Shown here one piece after another: positions 1 to 11,466 of a stretch of DNA of 64,000 bases (within the stretch, counting starts at the first letter, position 1; each line of letters begins with the position of its first letter). The notes under the pieces were generated by a model. The model saw nothing but the letters and a program-made list of their open reading frames with translations. It was not told the DNA's origin and ran no database searches. A program made the position numbers and the translations under genes. Source of the DNA: Gemmatimonadota bacterium (lineage in GTDB: Bacteria; Gemmatimonadota; Gemmatimonadetes; Longimicrobiales; RSA9); NCBI GenBank assembly GCA_040905425.1, contig JBBDRO010000050.1, positions 68,003 through 132,002 on the forward strand, given 5' to 3'.

Positions 1-127
1 CCGCATCGGCGGCGCTCGTGGCCGGGAGCTCCCCCTCGATACGGGGGGCGTCCGCGTCCCCGACATCCTCCGCGCCGTCCCCGCCGCAGGCAGCCGCCAG
101 CGCCACTGCCACGGTCAGTATACTCAT
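1..127 (-). CDS. N-terminal fragment of a putative lipoprotein; the gene runs off the left edge
   Basis: The reverse strand from ATG at 127 reads MSILTVAVALAAACGGDGAEDVGD. This is a hydrophobic signal peptide with a lipobox-like LAAAC. The frame stays open to the window edge. It is too short to appear in the ORF track. Confidence 0.35.
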   Translation of the reverse strand, partial: MSILTVAVALAAACGGDGAEDVGDADAPRIEGELPATSAADA

Positions 128-311
128 GCTATAGCGCATCATTGCTCATCCTCCATACGTTCACCGCGTACGGCACCGTCCGTGCCGCGCCCCCGTCCAT
201 GGATCTTCGTGGCCGGCCGGGGGTGCCCGCAAGCGCGCCGGAGCGGAGCGCCCGATTCTTGCACAGCTGCAACGCTTTCGCGCCAGACCCCAACACCACG
301 ACCGGACAGGC

Positions 312-2384
312 ATGAGGGACCGAGGCAACGACATTCGGCGGTACGACGGCAAGCGACGGGTGATCATCGAGGGCGTACGTCCCCAGGTGGACTGCGGGCG
401 ATTTCCCGCCAAACGCACGCTGGGGGATCCGGTGGCGGTGGAAGCGGATGTCTTCGCCGACGGGCACGACGTGCTGCGCGCCGTGCTGCGCTGGCGCTAC
501 CGCACCGAACGCCGCTGGCGTGAGACCCCCATGGAACCGCTCGGCAACGATCGCTGGCGCGCCGCTTTCACGGCGGACCGGCTGGGCACCTTCGTGTTCG
601 GCGTGGCCGCCTGGGTGGACCCGTTCGCCAGCTGGCGCCGGGATATGGAGAAGCGCCTGGCCGCCGACCAGGACGTGCGCGTGGACGCACTCACCGGGGC
701 CATGCTGCTGACAGCGGCCGCCGACCGTGCTCGGGGGGCGGACGCCAAACAGTTGCGTGCCGCCGCCGAGGAGCTCCAGGATGGAAGCGACGACGCCTCC
801 GAACGCGCCCGGCGCGCGCTCGATCCGGCGCTGGCTACCCTGGCCGCCGGCTGGCCGGACCGCACGCACGAGAGCGTCTTCGAGCGGGAGCTGGAGGTCC
901 AGGTGGACCCGGTGCGCGCCCGCTTCAGCGCCTGGTACGAGCTCTTCCCCCGCTCCCTCGGCAAGGCGGGCGAACACGGCACGCTGCGGGACGTGGAGGC
1001 GCACCTGCCCTACGTCCGCGAACTGGGCTTCGACGTGCTCTACCTGCCCCCCGTGCACCCCATCGGCCGCACCAGGCGCAAGGGCAAGAACAACCGCGAG
1101 AGCGCCGCGCTGGGTGACGTGGGCTCGCCGTGGGGCATCGGTGCCATCGAGGGCGGCCACAAGGCGGTGCATCCCGACCTGGGCACCGTGGAGGACGTCC
1201 GGCGGCTGGCTGACGAGGCACGCGCGCAGGGCATCGAGCTGGCGCTGGACGTGGCCTTCCAGGTGGCGCCGGACCATCCGTACGTGGCGGAGCATCCCGA
1301 CTGGTTCCGGGCGCGCCCGGACGGCACCATCCAGTACGCTGAGAATCCGCCCAAGAAGTACCAGGACATCTACCCGTTCGATTTCGAGACGGCGGACTGG
1401 AAGGCGCTCTGGCAGGAGTTGGAGAGCGTCTTCGAGTTCTGGGTCGAGCAGGGCGTGCGCACCTTCCGCGTGGACAATCCCCACACCAAGGCCTTTGCGT
1501 TCTGGGAATGGTGCATCGGCCGGCTGAAGGCCCGCCATCCCGATCTGGTCTTCCTCTCGGAGGCGTTCACGCGGCCAAGCATCATGCACCGCCTGGCCAA
1601 GCTCGGCTTCACCCAGTCCTACACGTACTTTGCCTGGCGCCAGGAAAAGTGGGAGCTGGAGGAGTACCTGCGAGAGCTCAGCACGCCGCCCGTGGCGGAC
1701 TTCTTCCGGCCCAACTTCTGGCCCAATACGCCGGACATCCTCACCGAACAGCTGCAGACCGGCGGGCGCCCCATGTTCATCAGCCGCCTCATCCTGGCTG
1801 CCACCATGAGCGCCAACTACGGCATCTACGGTCCCGCTTTCGAACTGCTCGAGCACGCGCCGCGCGAGCCTGGCAGCGAGGAATACCTGCACTCGGAGAA
1901 GTACCAGATCCGGCACTGGGAGCTGGAGCGGCCGGAATCGCTGCGCCACATCATCGCGCGCATGAACGCCATCCGCCGGGAGAATCCGGCGCTGCACGCC
2001 AACGAGAGCATCCGCATCCACACCATCGAGAACGATCAGGTGATTGCCTACAGCAAGGTGGCTCCCGCCACGGACCCGGACGCCCATCCCAACATCATCC
2101 TCACGGTGGTGAACCTGGACCCCGACCACGTGCAATCCGGCTGGGTGGAGGTGCCGCTGGCGGAGCTGGGCCTGCCGGAGGACGCGCCCTACGAGGCCCA
2201 CGACCTGCTGGGCGACGCCCGCTACCGCTGGGAGGGCGCCTGGAACTACGTGGAGCTGGATCCGCGTGTGCTGCCCGCCCACATCCTGCGCCTCGCGCCG
2301 ACCGCCCCGCCCGCGCCCACCGCCCCGCCCGGACCCGGCGCCCCGGAGCGCAGCCGCGCCGCGCGGCCGGCGAGGGGGCGCTGA
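312..2384 (+). CDS. glgE: alpha-1,4-glucan:maltose-1-phosphate maltosyltransferase (GlgE)
   Basis: ORF 312..2384. The N-terminus RRVIIEGVRPQVDCGRFPAKR and the GH13 core (FRVDNPHTKAFAFWEW, VFLSEAFTRPSIM) are typical of GlgE. The stop overlaps the next start (TGATG at 2382-2386). There is a Pro/Ala-rich C-terminal tail. Confidence 0.9.
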   Translation: MRDRGNDIRRYDGKRRVIIEGVRPQVDCGRFPAKRTLGDPVAVEADVFADGHDVLRAVLRWRYRTERRWRETPMEPLGNDRWRAAFTADRLGTFVFGVAAWVDPFASWRRDMEKRLAADQDVRVDALTGAMLLTAAADRARGADAKQLRAAAEELQDGSDDASERARRALDPALATLAAGWPDRTHESVFERELEVQVDPVRARFSAWYELFPRSLGKAGEHGTLRDVEAHLPYVRELGFDVLYLPPVHPIGRTRRKGKNNRESAALGDVGSPWGIGAIEGGHKAVHPDLGTVEDVRRLADEARAQGIELALDVAFQVAPDHPYVAEHPDWFRARPDGTIQYAENPPKKYQDIYPFDFETADWKALWQELESVFEFWVEQGVRTFRVDNPHTKAFAFWEWCIGRLKARHPDLVFLSEAFTRPSIMHRLAKLGFTQSYTYFAWRQEKWELEEYLRELSTPPVADFFRPNFWPNTPDILTEQLQTGGRPMFISRLILAATMSANYGIYGPAFELLEHAPREPGSEEYLHSEKYQIRHWELERPESLRHIIARMNAIRRENPALHANESIRIHTIENDQVIAYSKVAPATDPDAHPNIILTVVNLDPDHVQSGWVEVPLAELGLPEDAPYEAHDLLGDARYRWEGAWNYVELDPRVLPAHILRLAPTAPPAPTAPPGPGAPERSRAARPARGR

Positions 2385-5300
2385 TGCCGCGCGCCGCCAC
2401 CGACCACAAGGTCTCCGAGCCGCAGTGGTACAAGGACGCCGTCATCTACGAGCTGCACGTGCGCGCCTTCGCGGACAGCAACGGGGACGGCATGGGGGAC
2501 TTTGCCGGTCTCACGGAGAAGCTGGACTACCTGGCCGACCTGGGCGTGACCGCCCTCTGGATCCTGCCCTTCTATCCGTCGCCCTGGCGCGACGACGGCT
2601 ACGACATTGCCGATTTCGAGAGCATCCACCCCTCGTACGGCACCATGGCGGACTTCAAGCGCTTCATGCGGGAGGCCAGGAAGCGCGGGCTGCGCGTCAT
2701 CACCGAGCTGGTCATCAACCACACCTCCGACCAGCACCCGTGGTTCCAGAAGGCGCGGCGCGCGGCGCCGGGCACGAAGGCGCGGGACATGTACGTGTGG
2801 AGTGACACGCCGGAGCTCTACAAGGAAGTCCGCATCATCTTCAAGGACTTCGAGCACTCCAACTGGGCGTGGGACCCGGTGGCCAAGCAGTACTACTGGC
2901 ACCGGTTCTTCTCCCATCAGCCGGACCTGAACTTCGACAACCCGGCCGTCCACCGGGCCATCTTCAAGACCATGGACTTCTGGTTCCGGATGGGCGTGGA
3001 CGGCATGCGGCTGGACGCCATCCCCTACCTCTACGAGCGGGCCGGGACGAGTTCGGAAAATCTTCCGGAGACCCACGACTTCCTGAAGGAGCTGCGCGCC
3101 CACGTGGACGCGAAGTGGGAGGACCGCATGCTGCTGGCGGAGGCCAACCAGTGGCCGGAGGAGACGGTGCCCTACTTCGGGGACGGCGACGAGTGCCACA
3201 TGTCCTTCCACTTCCCCGTCATGCCGCGCCTCTTCATGTCCGTGCGCATGGAGGATCGCTTCCCGATCATCGACATCCTGGAGCAGACGCCGGCCATCCC
3301 CGAGGCCTGCCAGTGGGCCACCTTCCTGCGCAACCACGACGAGCTGACGCTGGAGATGGTGACGGACGAGGAGCGGGACTACATGTACCGCGTCTACGCC
3401 AACGATCCCCAGGCGCGCATCAACCTGGGCATCCGCCGGCGGCTGGCGCCGCTGCTGGGCAACAGCCGGCGCAAGATCGAACTCATGAACGCCCTGCTCT
3501 TCTCACTCCCGGGCACCCCCGTGCTCTACTACGGGGACGAGATCGGCATGGGGGACAACATCTACCTGGGGGACCGCAACGGCGTGCGCACCCCCATGCA
3601 GTGGAGCGCGGACCGCAACGCCGGCTTCTCACGGGCGAACCCGCAGCGCCTCTACGCGCCCGTCATCGTGGATCCGGAGTACCACTACGAGAGCCAGAAC
3701 GTGGAGGCGCAGCAGGCCAACTCCAGCTCGCTGCTGTGGTGGATGAAGCGGCTGGTGGCGCTGCGCAAACAGCACCCCGCCTTCGGGCGGGGCACCATCG
3801 AGTTCCTCTTCCCGGAGAACCGCAGGGTGCTGGCGTTCCTCCGGGAGTGGGAGGGCGAGCGCATCCTGGTGGTGGTGAATCTCTCCCGTATGGTGCAGCA
3901 CGCCCACCTGGACCTCTCGGCCTTCGAGGGCGCCTTGCCCGTGGAGATGTTCGGCCACACGGAGTTCCCGCGCGTGGGCGCCAACCCCTACTTCATCACC
4001 CTGGGTCCCCACAGCTTCTACTGGTTCCAGCTCGAGGGGCGGGCGGCGGAGCCCACCGAAGCGGAGCCGCTGCGTGTGCCGGCGCGACGGGAATGGAGCG
4101 CCCTTCTGGAGGACGGCGGCGCGCCGGCCATGCTCAGGGCGCTCGGTGACTACCTGCCGGAGCAGCGCTGGTTCCAGGGCAAGGCGCGCCGCATCCGCCA
4201 GATGGCCGTCGCCGACGTGGTGCAGGTGCCGGGCGCCCCCGAGCACAGCCGCCTGGTGCTGGTGGACGTGACGTACGTGGAAGGCGACCCGGAGACGTAC
4301 GCCGTCCCCCTGTCCGCCACCACCGCCGAGCGGCGGGACGAGCTGGAGAAGGAGCTGCGCAGGGCGGTGATCGCGCCGCTGGTGGATGGCCCGGCGGAGC
4401 TGCTGGTGGACGCCATGGCGGAGCCCCCCTTCCGCACCGCGCTCTACGGGCTGGCGGGCGCGCGCCGCCGGCAGAGCAGCACGCAGGGGCGCCTCCGCGC
4501 CGCGGGCGGACGGCGCAAGCTGCCCGCAGCGGCGGAGCCCAACCGGCTGGTCAGCGCGGAGCAGTCCAACACCAGCGTGGTATTCGGCCACGACGCGGTC
4601 CTGAAGCTCTACCGCCGGCTCGAGGAAGGCGTGAGCCTGGACCTGGAGCTCGGCCGCTTCCTCTCCACGCAGGGCTTTGCCCACACGCCCGAGCTGCTGG
4701 GGGCCGTGGAGTATCACGCGGACGCCGGCGAGCCGCGCACCGTGGCCGTGATCCACCGGTTCGTTCCCAACGAAGGCGACGCCTGGCGGCTCACCCTGGA
4801 CGCCGCGGGGGACTTCTTCGAGCGCGCCGCCACGCTGGAGGCGGAGGCGCCGGCCACGGACCCGTCCGCCGCGGGACTGCTGGCGCTCGCGGCCGCTCCC
4901 CCGCGAGACATGGCCCACGAGCGCGTGGGGCCGTTCCTGGAGGAGGTCCGCCTGCTCGGCCGCCGCACCGGGGAACTGCACCTGGCGCTCGGCTCCGATC
5001 CGGCTGACCCGGCCTTTGCGCCGGAGCCCTTCACCCCCTTCTACCAGCGCTCGCTCTACCAGTCCATGCGCAACCTGGCGGGCCGCACCTTCCGCCTGCT
5101 GGACACGGTGCTCGAGCGGCTGCCGGAGGAGAGCCGCGCCGAGGCCGCCACCATTGCGGGCCGACGCGACCAGGTGCTGGAGCGCTTCAAGCTGCTCATC
5201 CGCGGCACGCGCGGCGGCATGCGCATCCGCACCCACGGGGACTACCACCTGGGGCAGGTGCTCTTCACGGGGAAGGACTTCATGATCACGGACTTCGAGG

Positions 5301-5683
5301 GGGAACCCATCCGGCCCCTGGGCGAGCGGCGCCTGAAGCGCTCGCCCCTGCGCGACGTGGCGGGCATGCTCCGCTCCTTCCACTACGCGGTGAACGCCGT
5401 GCTCCATGACCGCGCGGCGGGCATGCCGGTGCGCGCGGGTGACCGGGAGGCCATGGAGCCGTGGGCGGACTACTGGTACGTGAGCGTGGCGGGCGCCTTC
5501 CTGCACGACTACCTGGACGTGACCGAAGGCTCCGCGCTGCTCCCCTCCGAACCGGATGACCTGGACGTTCTCCTGGCGGCATACCTGCTCGACAAAGCCG
5601 TCTACGAACTGGCCTACGAGCTGAACAACCGTCCCGACTGGGCGGCCATACCGCTCAAGGGGCTGACGCAGCTGCTGGCGTGA
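2384..5683 (+). CDS. treS: trehalose synthase / maltokinase fusion (TreS-Pep2)
   Basis: Internal ATG at 2384 of ORF 1508..5683, in frame. The N-half is a GH13 trehalose synthase (QWYKDAVIYELHVRAFADSNGDGMGDF, GVDGMRLDAIPYL, FLRNHDELTLEMV). The C-half is a maltokinase-like kinase (HGDYHLGQVLFTGKDFMITDFEGEP, LLDKAVYELAYELNNRPDW). Confidence 0.9.
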   Translation: MPRAATDHKVSEPQWYKDAVIYELHVRAFADSNGDGMGDFAGLTEKLDYLADLGVTALWILPFYPSPWRDDGYDIADFESIHPSYGTMADFKRFMREARKRGLRVITELVINHTSDQHPWFQKARRAAPGTKARDMYVWSDTPELYKEVRIIFKDFEHSNWAWDPVAKQYYWHRFFSHQPDLNFDNPAVHRAIFKTMDFWFRMGVDGMRLDAIPYLYERAGTSSENLPETHDFLKELRAHVDAKWEDRMLLAEANQWPEETVPYFGDGDECHMSFHFPVMPRLFMSVRMEDRFPIIDILEQTPAIPEACQWATFLRNHDELTLEMVTDEERDYMYRVYANDPQARINLGIRRRLAPLLGNSRRKIELMNALLFSLPGTPVLYYGDEIGMGDNIYLGDRNGVRTPMQWSADRNAGFSRANPQRLYAPVIVDPEYHYESQNVEAQQANSSSLLWWMKRLVALRKQHPAFGRGTIEFLFPENRRVLAFLREWEGERILVVVNLSRMVQHAHLDLSAFEGALPVEMFGHTEFPRVGANPYFITLGPHSFYWFQLEGRAAEPTEAEPLRVPARREWSALLEDGGAPAMLRALGDYLPEQRWFQGKARRIRQMAVADVVQVPGAPEHSRLVLVDVTYVEGDPETYAVPLSATTAERRDELEKELRRAVIAPLVDGPAELLVDAMAEPPFRTALYGLAGARRRQSSTQGRLRAAGGRRKLPAAAEPNRLVSAEQSNTSVVFGHDAVLKLYRRLEEGVSLDLELGRFLSTQGFAHTPELLGAVEYHADAGEPRTVAVIHRFVPNEGDAWRLTLDAAGDFFERAATLEAEAPATDPSAAGLLALAAAPPRDMAHERVGPFLEEVRLLGRRTGELHLALGSDPADPAFAPEPFTPFYQRSLYQSMRNLAGRTFRLLDTVLERLPEESRAEAATIAGRRDQVLERFKLLIRGTRGGMRIRTHGDYHLGQVLFTGKDFMITDFEGEPIRPLGERRLKRSPLRDVAGMLRSFHYAVNAVLHDRAAGMPVRAGDREAMEPWADYWYVSVAGAFLHDYLDVTEGSALLPSEPDDLDVLLAAYLLDKAVYELAYELNNRPDWAAIPLKGLTQLLA

Positions 5684-7662
5684 GCCAGGAACACGCCGCC
5701 CTGGACGCGCTGGCCATCCGCTGGGGCGTCCAGCCCGGGTACACGGACTGGCGCGGCCAGGCGCGCAGGCCCTCGGCCGAAGCGCTGACAGCGGTGCTGC
5801 GGAGCCTGGGCGCCCCCATCCAGGAGCCGGACGGTGCGGAGGAGGCGCTGCGCGCCTCACTGGCGGACGCGGACGGCGGCCCGCCGCCCGTGCTGCTGGC
5901 GTGGGGCGGGTGGCTGTCGCCCACCGCCTCCCTCCCCGCCGACGCGCAGGCGGAGGTGGTGCTCGAGGATGGCGGCCGCCTGGCCGGAACCGTGGCATCC
6001 CTGGGGGACGCCGCGCTCCCACTGGGCCTGCACACGCTCCGCGTGGAGCGGGCCGGTGACGTGGTGGAGAGCGCGATCATCGCCGCGCCCCCCCTGGCGG
6101 CGTCCGTGCCGGACCGCCCCTGGGGCCTCTTCCTCCCGCTGCATGCCCTGCACACCGCCCGCACGGGCGCGCTGGCCGACTTCACCGACCTGCGCGCCCT
6201 GGGCCGCTGGGTGCGCGCGCGGGGCGGAGACCTGGTGGGCGTGCTCCCCCTGCTCGCGGCCTTTCTGGACGGGGACCCGTTCGACCCCAGCCCGTACGCG
6301 CCCGCCAGCCGCCTCTTCTGGAACGAGCTCTACGTGGATCCGGAGGAGGCAGCGGTGCGCGCCCGCGCACCGGATGGGGCCGTCCCGCCGCGCACGGCCC
6401 CGGCGCGCACGCTGGTGGACTACCGCGCCGCGGCCGCGGACCACCGGCGGGCGCTCCAGGCGGCCGCGGCGGCGTTTTTCGAGCGCGGCGGAGCCGAGGA
6501 GGACCCGGACTTCCGCCGTTTCCTCGAGGAGCGCCCGCGGGCCGCCGACTACGCCCGCTTCCGGGGCGCCACGGCCCGCTTCGGCCGCGGCTGGCCGGCG
6601 TGGCCGGAGCGCGCCCGGGAGGGCCGGCTGGAGGAGGCGGACGTGGATCCGCGGGAGGAGCGCTACCACCTCTTCGCGCAGTGGGCCGCCGACCGGCAAC
6701 TGGCCGCGCACCACGCCGACCCCACGGCCGCCGACCTCTACCTGGACCTGCCGCTGGGCGTGCACGGCGCCGGCTACGACGTGTGGCGCGAGCGCCATCT
6801 TTTCGCCGCCGGCATGGCCGCGGGCGCGCCGCCGGACGCCCTCTTCAGCGGCGGCCAGAACTGGGGCTTCCCGCCGCTCGTGCCCGCCGCCGCGCGGGCG
6901 GGCGGCCATCGCTACTTCGCGGCCTGCCTGCGCCACCAGCTCCGCCACGCGGGGGCGCTGCGCCTGGACCACGTCATGTCCCTGGAGCGCCTCTACTGGA
7001 TTCCCGACGGCTTCCCCGCCACCGACGGCGTCTACGTCACCAACGCCGTGGAGGAACTCTTCGCGGTGCTCACGCTGGAATCGTGGCGGGCCGGCACACC
7101 GGTCATCGGGGAAGATCTGGGAACCGTCACCGACCGTATCCGGCACGCCCTGGCCGAGCGCCACGTGCTGCGCATGTACGTGGCCCCCTTCGAGGCGCGC
7201 CCGCACGAAGACCATCCGCTGCCCGACGCGCCGCGGGAGGCGCTGGCCACGCTGAACACGCACGACATGCCCCCCTTCGCCGCCTTCTGGAGCGGCGCGG
7301 ATCTGGCGGACCAGCGCGCGCTGGGCTGGCTGGACGAGGAGGAGGAAGCCGGGGCCCGCGCGGAGCGCGCAGCCGTCCGCGGGGCGCTGGCGCGCGCGGT
7401 GGACCTGCCCGTCGAGGCCCCGGCAGAGCGGGCGTTTCCGGCGCTTCTGGAGCGCCTGGCCGCCGGCCCCGCACGAATCCTGCTCGCCAATGCGGAGGAC
7501 CTGTGGGGGGAGACGCGGCCGCAGAACGTGCCGGGCACCTCCGAGCAGCGCCCCAACTGGCGGCGGCGGGCCGCGCACCCGCTGGAAGCATGGGGCGCGC
7601 TGCCGGGCGTGGAGGAGACCCTGGCGCGCGTCCAACGCGCCCGCAGCAACGGAGAGTCTTGA
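5680..7662 (+). CDS. malQ: 4-alpha-glucanotransferase (amylomaltase, GH77)
   Basis: GTG start overlaps the treS stop (GTGA at 5680-5683). Motifs: [63 protein letters not shown]. Confidence 0.85.
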   Translation: MSQEHAALDALAIRWGVQPGYTDWRGQARRPSAEALTAVLRSLGAPIQEPDGAEEALRASLADADGGPPPVLLAWGGWLSPTASLPADAQAEVVLEDGGRLAGTVASLGDAALPLGLHTLRVERAGDVVESAIIAAPPLAASVPDRPWGLFLPLHALHTARTGALADFTDLRALGRWVRARGGDLVGVLPLLAAFLDGDPFDPSPYAPASRLFWNELYVDPEEAAVRARAPDGAVPPRTAPARTLVDYRAAAADHRRALQAAAAAFFERGGAEEDPDFRRFLEERPRAADYARFRGATARFGRGWPAWPERAREGRLEEADVDPREERYHLFAQWAADRQLAAHHADPTAADLYLDLPLGVHGAGYDVWRERHLFAAGMAAGAPPDALFSGGQNWGFPPLVPAAARAGGHRYFAACLRHQLRHAGALRLDHVMSLERLYWIPDGFPATDGVYVTNAVEELFAVLTLESWRAGTPVIGEDLGTVTDRIRHALAERHVLRMYVAPFEARPHEDHPLPDAPREALATLNTHDMPPFAAFWSGADLADQRALGWLDEEEEAGARAERAAVRGALARAVDLPVEAPAERAFPALLERLAAGPARILLANAEDLWGETRPQNVPGTSEQRPNWRRRAAHPLEAWGALPGVEETLARVQRARSNGES

Positions 7663-7678
7663 ACCATATCGGAGACAC

Positions 7679-9606
<1,928 letters not shown>

Positions 9607-9610
<4 letters not shown>

Positions 9611-11466
9611 GCCAGCTCGCCGAACTCCCGCTGGGCGCGCGTCCGCTGCCCGGCGGCGGCGCCTCGTTCCGCGTCTGGGCACCGCACGCCGAGCGGGTTG
9701 AAGTGGTTCTTCTAAGCGACGATGCCCGTCACGTTCCACTCGCGCCGCTGCCCCGCGGCTACCACGCGGCCGTCGTGGACGGCGTGGCCGAAGGCACGCG
9801 CTACCGCTTCCGGCTCGACGGGGGCGAACCGCTCCCCGACCCCGCCTCGCGCTGGCAGCCCGAGGGCGTGCACGGCCCTTCGGCCGTCGTGGGCGTGGCT
9901 TTCAACTGGACCGACGATAGCTGGCGCGCGCCGCCGTTGCGCGACTGGGTCCTCTACGAGCTGCACGTGGGCAGCTTCACGCCCGAGGGCACCTTCGACG
10001 CCGTCATCCCGCACCTGCCCGCGCTGGCCGAGCTGGGCGTCCGGGCGCTGGAGCTCATGCCGGTGGCCGCCTTCCCGGGCACCCGCAACTGGGGCTATGA
10101 CGGCGCCCACCCCTTTGCCGTGCAGGAGAGCTACGGCGGGCCGCGTGGGCTCAAGCGCCTGGTGGACGCCGCCCACCGGCACGGCCTTGCGGTGGTGCTG
10201 GACGTGGTCTACAACCACCTGGGACCCGAGGGCAATTACCTGGCTCCCTACGGCCCGTACTTCACCCGCGTCTACCACACCCCCTGGGGCAGCGCGCTGA
10301 ACTTCGATGAACGCGGCAGTGACCAGGTGCGCGGCTACTTCGTGGAGAACGCCTGCCAGTGGGTGGGCGAATACCACATCGACGGTCTCCGCGTGGACGC
10401 GGTGCACGCCATCCTGGATCGCTCGGCCCGCCCGTTCCTGCGCGAGCTGGCGGCGCGCGCCCGCGCCCGGGCCGCCGCCGACGGGCGCCCCGCCGTCATC
10501 ATTGCCGAGAGTGACCTGGGGGACCCGCGCGTGCTCTACGGCCCCGAGCGCGGCGGCCTGGGCATGGACGGCCAGTGGCTGGATGATTTTCACCACGCCC
10601 TGCACGCGCTCCTGACGGGTGAGGCACGCGGCTACTACGCCGATTTCGGCGCCCTGGCGCAGCTCGGCAAGGCCTTCCGCCGTGGCTACGTCTACACCGG
10701 CCAGTACTCGCGCTACCGCGACCGGAGCCACGGCGCCGCGCCGAACGGCGTGCCGCCCCGGGCGTTCGTGGTCTACGCGCAGAACCACGACCAGGTGGGC
10801 AACCGCCCGGCGGGCGACCGCCTGGCCGCCACGCTGGACCACGCCAAGCTCCGCCTGGCCGCCGCCACCGTGCTGCTCTCCCCCTTCACGCCGCTCCTCT
10901 TCATGGGTGAGGAGTACGGCGAGACCAACCCGTTCCCCTACTTCGTGAGCCACACCGACCCGGCGCTGGTGGAGGCCGTGCGGCGCGGCCGGAAGGAGGA
11001 GTTCGCGGGCTTCCACGACGGCCAGGAGGTGCCCGATCCGCAGGCCGAAAGCACGTTCCGGAGCGCCGTGCCCGACCGCGACCGCGCCAGCCAGCCAGCC
11101 CACGCCGCGCTGCTGGCGCTGCACCGTGCGCTACTGCAACTGCGGCGGGAGGTGCCGGCGCTCCGCCCGGCCAGCATGGAGGACATCCACGTGGACGTGG
11201 ATGAGGCACGAGGCGTGCTCAGGGTGCGCACCGCCGGCGCCGGAGGCAGCGCGCTCCTGATTCTCCATTTCGGGGACGGCAACGAGCGGGTCGCGCTGCC
11301 GGATGCGGCGGGAGGCTGGCGTGTCCTGGTGGACACCGGTGCCGCGCGCTGGCGGCCCGACGCGGACTTCGAGCGTCCGGAGCCGGACCCGCGGGAGCCC
11401 GTGGAGACCATCGAGCTGGCCCCCTGGAGCGCCGTGGCGCTCCTTCACGAAGAGCAGGAAGCATGA
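9607..11466 (+). CDS. treZ: malto-oligosyltrehalose trehalohydrolase (TreZ)
   Basis: TTG start overlaps the glgB stop (TTGA). Motifs: [79 protein letters not shown]. Confidence 0.88.

Noticed and set aside
129-2282. A 717-aa ORF antisense to glgE. There are similar very long ORFs at 3629..6022, 5857..7761, 7919..9739, 9712..11124, 11445..13325, 14384..17260, 23962..25659, 32169..34778, 39915..41633, 41170..44382 and 59783..61318.
   Set aside because: All lie opposite or out of frame to genes with clear family motifs. They are dominated by Arg/Gly/Pro/Ala/His and contain no recognisable domain motifs. Long stop-free antisense frames are expected at about 70% GC.
1508-2383. The N-terminal 292 codons of ORF 1508..5683 as part of TreS. 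There are similar upstream extensions of ORFs 7490, 13949, 18860, 19947, 40696, 44093, 47497 and 50070.
   Set aside because: The extensions overlap the preceding well-supported gene in another frame and are Arg/Pro/Ala-rich. Each homologous protein region begins at an internal start that abuts or overlaps the upstream stop codon.
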